From contig JBBIIG010000062.1 of NCBI GenBank assembly GCA_037446635.1, positions 1 to 22,135 of the forward strand: a stretch of 22,135 nucleotides of DNA, in the 5' to 3' direction. The stretch is from a bacterium. Its GTDB lineage: Bacteria > Zhuqueibacterota > Zhuqueibacteria > Oceanimicrobiales > Oceanimicrobiaceae. Shown piece after piece: positions 16,575-22,135 of the stretch; the stretch's first letter is position 1; each line of letters begins with the position of its first letter. The position numbers and the translations under genes were made by a program. The notes beneath the pieces were generated by a model. That model worked only from the letters and a program-made list of their open reading frames with translations, was not told the origin of the DNA and did no database searches.

Positions 16575-19500
16575 TTAATTGCCACGGTTGTCATTCGCGC
16601 TCAGCAGTGGGCTCAACGCCTGCAGGCGCTCCCGCGCGGCCGCGACCCAGTTTTCGTCCGTGGTACTGTCGATGATTTGCTGGTACGATGCCGCGGCCTG
16701 TTTCCATTGCTGGGCGATTTCGTAGAGATAGGCCAGTTCCGCCAGCGCTTTCAGTCGGTAAAAATGGTCTTTGGGCCCGACTCGCACGGCGGTCTGAAAA
16801 GCCTCTTTGGCGCGGGCGGTTTGGTTCATCTCCAAAAACGTCTGGCCTAGATGAAAGGCTGCTTCCGCTGCCACTTTGCCGTCGCTGCTTTTTTGCAGCG
16901 TCTGGTAAACTGCCAGGGACTCCTTCACGTTGCCCAGTTCGCTTTGCAGGCGGGCAACTTGCAATTTGATTTTCGCTTGATTTTCAGCGGCGCCGCTGCC
17001 AGCGAGATAGCTCGTGAAAAACGCCAGCGCTTTTTCTTTATCCCCCATGCGCTCATAACACCAGCCGATGTTTTGCAGCGCCGCACCGTAATACTCACTT
17101 TTGGGATAGCGCTGAATCACTTCGTTGAATTTTTCAGCCGCGCTCAAAAAGCTCTCGAGGCTGAAGTAACCTACGCCCAGATTGAAAATGGCTTCCGCCA
17201 GTTTTGGGCTCTCGGGAAAATATTGAATGAATCGAGCAAACTCCTCGTTCGCCGCGGCATAATTGCCCTGTGCGAAGTAGGCGTTCGCCAGCGCCAACTG
17301 CGAATCCATCGCGTAAGAGGTTCCGGGATAAAGAGTGAGAATCTCTTTGAAAGCGCGGATGGCCTCTTCGCTCTGGTTCGCGTCAAGATAATTGCTGGCG
17401 AGGCGGAAACGGGCGTCGGCGGAAAGCATCGCGTCCGACGATTGCGCGATGACTTTTTTAAGCGCCTCCGTCGCGCCCTCGGTTTGTCCTAATTGATAGT
17501 AGCAAAGTTGAATGCCCTCCAACGCATCTTTGCTCAAATTATGCTGGGGATAATTTTTGATGAACTGCTCAAAATTCGCGATGGCCTGTTCGTACTTGCC
17601 GGCGTTGTATTCGCATTGCGCCAGGCGCAGGCTGCTCTCCACCGCCAGCGGGTGACCGGGGTAGTTGTCGAGGATTTTCTGAAAGGCCGCCAGCGCTTCC
17701 TCAAAATGGTGGGCGCGAAAATAGGTGTCCGCCAGACGGTATTGCGCTTGCGGCGCCCACTGAGATTGCGGATAATCTTCCACCAACTTTTTCCAATAAT
17801 CGATGGCCTGGCCAAATAACTGCAAGCGGGCATAGCTTTCGCCAACTTTGAACAGCGAGTTGGCCGCCACCGACGCCAGATCCGGATTCGCCGGGTTCCC
17901 GTACCCAACAGGATAAGAACGGATGGCGTCTTCATAGCGCTTCATGCGAAAATAGGCGGTCGCCAAACCAAAGGCCGATTGGGCCTGCTGAAGGCCCGTT
18001 GTTTTTTTGCAGAGACTTTCGAACTGGCTGGCCGCGGCTTCAAGTTGGCCGGATTGCAAAACACACCAGGCTTTGCCCATGGCGGCAGTCTGACTGAGCT
18101 CGTCGTCTGATTTTGACAGCGCAAGATCGTACTCGCGCTGCGCCGCTTCGTATTGGCGCAGATAGTAGTAGGCTTCGGCCAAAATCAGATGCTGCGCCCG
18201 CTGGAAGTCGTTCGCGGCGCCGGAGCTGTCTCCGCGAAATTGCGCCGAGCGGTTGATCACATTTTGATAGTCGCCGGCCTGGTAATCGCGTTTTTGCAAG
18301 GAAACCAGCGCGGCATCGAAAATGATCGTGCCGGCATACTTCTGCAGAATGTCTTCAAAATAATTTCCGCCCTGCTGCTGCGCCAGAAAGAAGGTCGCTG
18401 CGGAGGCGAGATCATCCTTTGGATAAAGAGAGAGAAATTGCCGCAAATTGATGATGGCGTCTCGTACCTCGCCCTTTTCCATCTGCACCGTGGCGGCGCG
18501 CAGCTTGGCCAGCGGCGCTAAGATCGAGTTGGCATCCAGCGCAACGATGCCGTTGTACAAGTTGATCGCTTCCTGTAGTTTTTCGGGCTGACTCGCGCCC
18601 ATGCGGCGTAAGCATTCCGCTTCCATATAAGAAAGGTAGCTCTGATACTGGGGCAGGTTTACCGAGCGATAGGCCCGCAGCGCCGCTTCAAAATCCTGGC
18701 TGCGCAGATAGGTCCAGCCGAGCCGGAACTGGACTTCGTTGGCGCGGGCGCTGTTGGGATACATTTGCAGAAAACGATGGAACTGCTCGCGAGCTGCCAT
18801 CCAGTCCTCGGCGCGCATGAACACATCGCCCGCCTGAAACAGCGCGTCCTCGCCCTCTGGCGAATTAGGGGTGTGGTCGTGAATTTTCTTCCAAATGCCG
18901 ACGGCCATCATGGGCTGGCCGGCTTGCTCGTGAGCGCGGGCCAAATAGGACAGCGCCGTCGCACCTTCACACGAGCTCAAAATTTTGATCGCGGCCTGCG
19001 GGTTGTTGTTGGCCAGCTCGCCGCGCGCCCGCACCACCAACACGCGCTCGTCTTTTTCATAAACCTTCTGATCCTGAATGAGCGCGCCCAGCAGCGAATC
19101 CACTTGTTGATGGCGGCTGCGCTTGCTCAACTGCCAAGCCAGCGCCAAACGCGCCTCTTGCCGGAAAAACAGATTGCTGCCATTTTTAGCGACGTTCTCA
19201 AAAATCGCCAGGGCGCGGTCGCTTTGCTGAGCTTGCAAAAAGAGCTGCGCCGCGCGCAGTCGCACTTCATCCAGCAGGCCAGCCGGCAATTTTTTTCCCA
19301 GGGCCAGCAACTCGTCGAGAATTTTGTGCGCTTTGCGAAAGTCGTTTTGCTTTGCCAACACTTGCGACTGCAGCAGCGCCGCGCGCGCCACGATAAGGGG
19401 CTCGTCGCCTTTTTTGCGGACGGTTTCGCAGAGAGTTATGATTTCCAACTGCGAACCATTCTCCTCATACAATTTAGCTGCTTTGGCGTACAGCTCCCAG

Positions 19501-19592
19501 GAGGATTCCTGGCCGCGAGCCAGTTCGCCGTTCAGCATCCAGCTCGTGAACAACGCCAACGCCATCATTATGATTTTGAATTTTGGTTTCAT
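16575..19592 (-). CDS. Large exported tetratricopeptide-repeat protein (CpoB/BamD-like repeats), ~1005 aa
   Basis: Many TPR pairs of the type A..F...L..YP.S..A..A...LA. The signal peptide begins at MKPKFKIIMM (ATG 19592, GAGGTAGG upstream). The extra 35 codons in the ORF track run through a repeat array. Confidence 0.9.
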   Translation of the reverse strand: MKPKFKIIMMALALFTSWMLNGELARGQESSWELYAKAAKLYEENGSQLEIITLCETVRKKGDEPLIVARAALLQSQVLAKQNDFRKAHKILDELLALGKKLPAGLLDEVRLRAAQLFLQAQQSDRALAIFENVAKNGSNLFFRQEARLALAWQLSKRSRHQQVDSLLGALIQDQKVYEKDERVLVVRARGELANNNPQAAIKILSSCEGATALSYLARAHEQAGQPMMAVGIWKKIHDHTPNSPEGEDALFQAGDVFMRAEDWMAAREQFHRFLQMYPNSARANEVQFRLGWTYLRSQDFEAALRAYRSVNLPQYQSYLSYMEAECLRRMGASQPEKLQEAINLYNGIVALDANSILAPLAKLRAATVQMEKGEVRDAIINLRQFLSLYPKDDLASAATFFLAQQQGGNYFEDILQKYAGTIIFDAALVSLQKRDYQAGDYQNVINRSAQFRGDSSGAANDFQRAQHLILAEAYYYLRQYEAAQREYDLALSKSDDELSQTAAMGKAWCVLQSGQLEAAASQFESLCKKTTGLQQAQSAFGLATAYFRMKRYEDAIRSYPVGYGNPANPDLASVAANSLFKVGESYARLQLFGQAIDYWKKLVEDYPQSQWAPQAQYRLADTYFRAHHFEEALAAFQKILDNYPGHPLAVESSLRLAQCEYNAGKYEQAIANFEQFIKNYPQHNLSKDALEGIQLCYYQLGQTEGATEALKKVIAQSSDAMLSADARFRLASNYLDANQSEEAIRAFKEILTLYPGTSYAMDSQLALANAYFAQGNYAAANEEFARFIQYFPESPKLAEAIFNLGVGYFSLESFLSAAEKFNEVIQRYPKSEYYGAALQNIGWCYERMGDKEKALAFFTSYLAGSGAAENQAKIKLQVARLQSELGNVKESLAVYQTLQKSSDGKVAAEAAFHLGQTFLEMNQTARAKEAFQTAVRVGPKDHFYRLKALAELAYLYEIAQQWKQAAASYQQIIDSTTDENWVAAARERLQALSPLLSANDNRGN

Positions 19593-19618
19593 GATACTAA
19601 ACCTACCTCGTTTTCCTT

Positions 19619-19750
19619 GTGAGACGTCAGAGGTGAAACGTGAGACGTAAAATCGAAGCACTACTTCCACCATTGACTTTTCACTCTTCACTTTCATTTT
19701 ACCTTTGATTTTTTGAACGTCTCACGTCTCACATTTCACGTTTCACGTTT
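19619..19750. repeat. Inverted heptamer-repeat arrays (GTGAGAC/GTCTCAC)
   Basis: GTGAGAC-GTCAGAG-GTGAAAC-GTGAGAC ... GTCTCAC-GTCTCAC-ATTTCAC-GTTTCAC, plus an inner TTTTCAC-TCTTCAC run. Confidence 0.8.
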
Positions 19751-20999
19751 ATTCTTCGGCCCCTTCGACGATGCCCTGAGGTCCGCTGGTATCGATGGTC
19801 ACCAACGAGCCGCTGGCGTTCAAATGGCGGCCGTCGCTGGTTTTAACTTCGAAGCGATAGCCGTAGCGGCCGTCGGCAACCAGCGTTCCTTCGCCGTTGC
19901 GGCCGTCCCAAACCAGCTCGGCTGGCGGCTTGCCCGCGGTCGAAAATCTCCGCACCACCTGCCCCGCGTGATCGACGATCACAAAATCCCACTCTTTGAC
20001 GTCGGTGCGGCTTCGTACCGCCAATTTGATGCGGGTGATATTCAATTCACCGGCCGGCGAAAAGATGCGCGGCGCGGCGTCGGCGCCCACCGCAAAACCG
20101 CCGAACGTATAATCCAACGAGAAGCGGTGGCTCGAGCCCAGCTCAGAGGTGGCGCCGTTGCTGTAGCCGACTCCCAATTTGTCGAGGCTGAAGCCGGCGC
20201 CGAAAGTGACGTTGCCGTCGTTCATGCCGGCGCGCAGGGCAACTTTGTCCAACAATTTGTATTCAGCGCCTAAGTGCAAACCTATATCGCCCCAACCGCT
20301 GAGCTTCGAGACATCCAGGCTCACCACCAAATTGTCATTCACAAATGATGTAGCCAAGCCCGCGCGAAATTGCCTGGGGTAGCTGTCGCTCTCCTGCACC
20401 AGAGTCACGCTCGGTTGCAAAATGTTGACGATCATGAGACCACCGTCAATGAGATCGAAGAAGCGTTTTTTAATGCCCAAATCCAGGCCGTGGCCGCTGC
20501 CGGAGTAACTCAACACTTTCTGGCTGACGAACTTATAATTCAAGCCCACGGAAAAATTGCGCATGATTTCTTTCGACCAGGAAGCCATGAGCGCCAGGTC
20601 GCGCGAACTAAACGTGCCCACGGGATTGTTCAGGCCGTCGCGCTGCTCGAAGTCTCCGGAGTTGAGCGCCAAAACCGCGACGCCAAAACTGCCGAGATGG
20701 CGAGTGGGGGCGCTGGCCGCCAAAAAATCCACCGCGGTGTCCATAAACAAAATGCCGTGCATGAACGACACCTGAAATGGGTTCTGAGTTGCGAGGCCGG
20801 CGGGGTTCCAATAGATGGCGGTGGCGTCGTTGGAGAGCGCCGTGAACGCGCCGCCCATTCCCAACGCGCGTGCGCCGACGCCGTTGTAAAGAAACGCGCC
20901 CGGGGCACCGGCCTGGCCGTCCTGGCCGCGCAGCGTTTCACTCAATCCCACTGAAAGAGCCAAGCTCCAGCCAATAATGAATGCGGTTAATTTGTTCAT
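19749..20999 (-). CDS. PorV/PorQ (FadL-like) outer-membrane barrel with a C-terminal FlgD-Ig-like domain
   Basis: Signal peptide, AFLYNGVGARALGMGGAFTALSNDATAIYWNPAGL, barrel strands ending HRFSLDYTF, then FSP...WDFVI...PPAELVWDGRNGEGTLVADGRYGY. Confidence 0.85.
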   Translation of the reverse strand: MNKLTAFIIGWSLALSVGLSETLRGQDGQAGAPGAFLYNGVGARALGMGGAFTALSNDATAIYWNPAGLATQNPFQVSFMHGILFMDTAVDFLAASAPTRHLGSFGVAVLALNSGDFEQRDGLNNPVGTFSSRDLALMASWSKEIMRNFSVGLNYKFVSQKVLSYSGSGHGLDLGIKKRFFDLIDGGLMIVNILQPSVTLVQESDSYPRQFRAGLATSFVNDNLVVSLDVSKLSGWGDIGLHLGAEYKLLDKVALRAGMNDGNVTFGAGFSLDKLGVGYSNGATSELGSSHRFSLDYTFGGFAVGADAAPRIFSPAGELNITRIKLAVRSRTDVKEWDFVIVDHAGQVVRRFSTAGKPPAELVWDGRNGEGTLVADGRYGYRFEVKTSDGRHLNASGSLVTIDTSGPQGIVEGAEE

Positions 21000-21048
21000 T
21001 AGTTTTTTTCTCCGTCTAAATTCAACTTTAAATCAACTCTGCTAATCT

Positions 21049-21077
21049 GTAGGGAACGCATATTATGCGTTCCCTAC
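21049..21077. repeat. REP-like GTAG palindrome, copy 2
   Basis: GTAGGGAACGCATA-T-TATGCGTTCCCTAC, identical to 16537-16565 except for the central base. Confidence 0.85.
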
Positions 21078-21080
21078 AAT

Positions 21081-22135
21081 CTATCGCACTACCACGATTT
21101 TACGCTTCGTATTCATGATAATTTTGCCGTTGGCGTCGGCTTTCGCCACTAAAATGTAGCCGCCGTTGCCGACTTTCTGGCCGCGGTCGTTGACGCCCTC
21201 CCACGGCACCGAATTGGGATGAGAGTTACCAACTCGTCCCTGGCCACCCCGTGCGCCGGCGGTAATCTCCTTGCTCCACACTAAGTTGCCAAAGAGATCG
21301 AAAATCTTGAGCGTAACGTTCGCGTCTTCGCTGAGGTAGTAGTCGATGTGCGTCACCGGCGATTCGACGCCAAATGGGTTGGGGTAATTGACCACCTCGC
21401 CATCGGCGAACGACGAGGGCGTTAAGTTCACAACAACTTCCGTGGAAGTATTCAATGAATCCACCGTGGCGCGAATGCGGTTGACTTCGGGAACTCGGCC
21501 GCCGCGGAAGGTTACCCGCGCGATTCCAGCGCTGTCGGTCAGCGCGGTGGGCGTGCTCAAAGAACCGGTGCCGGAAACAATCGCGAATTGCGCTTCTTTG
21601 TTGGGCTTCGGGTTGCCAGCGGCATCGGTCACGGTCAAGCTGATTTCGGTTTCTTGTTCGCCGCCCACTTCGGTTTTCGCCGAAGTCAAATTCAAGTGGG
21701 CGGCGCGGCCCGCGACAAAGGTCAGCACATCGGAAAACGCCTCGTCTGTTCCAAAATCGTCTTGAACTTTGAAACGAATTTTGCCGGCGCGGTTGAAGGA
21801 CTGGGTAAACGTTCGTTGACCGGAAATAAGATTAAAGGACGTGACTTCCAGCTCGCCGGGGGCAGCCTGCAAAGTCGCCGCCCAAACCGCGCGCAATCGC
21901 ACTAAATGATTGGCGCTTTGCACCACGTCGCCGACGCCGTTTTTGTAGAGCACCTGCATCGAAAACGGCTGGCCAGCCACCTGGTTGGTGGAATTAATAT
22001 TGATCTCGTAATGCAAGCCGCCCACCAGCGCATTGACCACGGCGTCCGGGGATTGCTGAATGCTGGGGTTGCTGTCGTTGAGCGCGCGCAGCACCTGGTT
22101 GCCGCCTTTGGTTAAGCTGATGGTGAATTCGGTGC
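21081..22135 (-). CDS. 3' part of a large surface protein with Ig/invasin (Big_1-like) domains and a T9SS-CTD/FlgD-Ig-like C-terminus (truncated by the window edge)
   Basis: The frame stays open to the window end. Contains TVTDAAGNP...TDSAGIARVTF (Big_1-like) and NYPNPF...LKIFDLFGNLV...WEGVNDRGQKVGNGGYI...KIVVVR. Confidence 0.85.
   Translation of the reverse strand, partial: TEFTISLTKGGNQVLRALNDSNPSIQQSPDAVVNALVGGLHYEININSTNQVAGQPFSMQVLYKNGVGDVVQSANHLVRLRAVWAATLQAAPGELEVTSFNLISGQRTFTQSFNRAGKIRFKVQDDFGTDEAFSDVLTFVAGRAAHLNLTSAKTEVGGEQETEISLTVTDAAGNPKPNKEAQFAIVSGTGSLSTPTALTDSAGIARVTFRGGRVPEVNRIRATVDSLNTSTEVVVNLTPSSFADGEVVNYPNPFGVESPVTHIDYYLSEDANVTLKIFDLFGNLVWSKEITAGARGGQGRVGNSHPNSVPWEGVNDRGQKVGNGGYILVAKADANGKIIMNTKRKIVVVR

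Noticed and set aside
19593..19697. 35-codon N-terminal extension of the TPR protein
   Set aside because: It is a translation of the heptamer repeat array. The signal peptide and RBS fit ATG 19592.
6435..21077. Repeats as a CRISPR array or IS ends
   Set aside because: There is no regular repeat-spacer periodicity, no cas gene and no transposase in the window.
260..22115. Numerous long plus-strand ORFs (e.g. 1298-2326, 4909-6195, 6764-7876, 7912-8841, 8845-9753, 18765-19622)
   Set aside because: They are antisense shadows of well-supported minus-strand genes and have no recognisable motifs.

Overview
Bacterial window in which every credible gene lies on the minus strand. The gene families and intergenic repeats suggest an FCB-related lineage such as KSB1 or Calditrichota (inference). 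There are three blocks, listed in order of transcription. (A) 22135-13092 is an envelope operon: a 5'-truncated large Ig/invasin-domain protein with a T9SS-CTD/FlgD-Ig-like C-terminus, a PorV-like barrel fused to a FlgD-Ig domain, a ~1000-aa TPR protein, ExbB, two ExbD (one lacking the conserved TM Asp), TonB, and an exported FlgD-Ig/degenerate OmpA-like protein. (B) 12300-6548 is a signalling operon behind a sigma70-type promoter: REC-GGDEF, HAMP-PAS kinase, REC-PAS-PAS kinase and an NtrC-family sigma54 activator. (C) 6216-140 is a putative sigma54-driven unit: single-domain response regulator, orphan ParA, membrane-anchored lytic transglycosylase, a protein with two His-less Hpt-like bundles, an archaeal-type FtsZ fused to a His-less Hpt-like domain, and a small His-less Hpt-like protein. 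Blocks B and C together look like a signal-controlled accessory cytoskeletal or division system and are the main candidate for an undescribed system. Intergenic DNA carries REP-like GTAG palindromes, 9-mer inverted arrays and 7-mer inverted arrays. All family assignments come from motifs recognised by eye; no searches were run.
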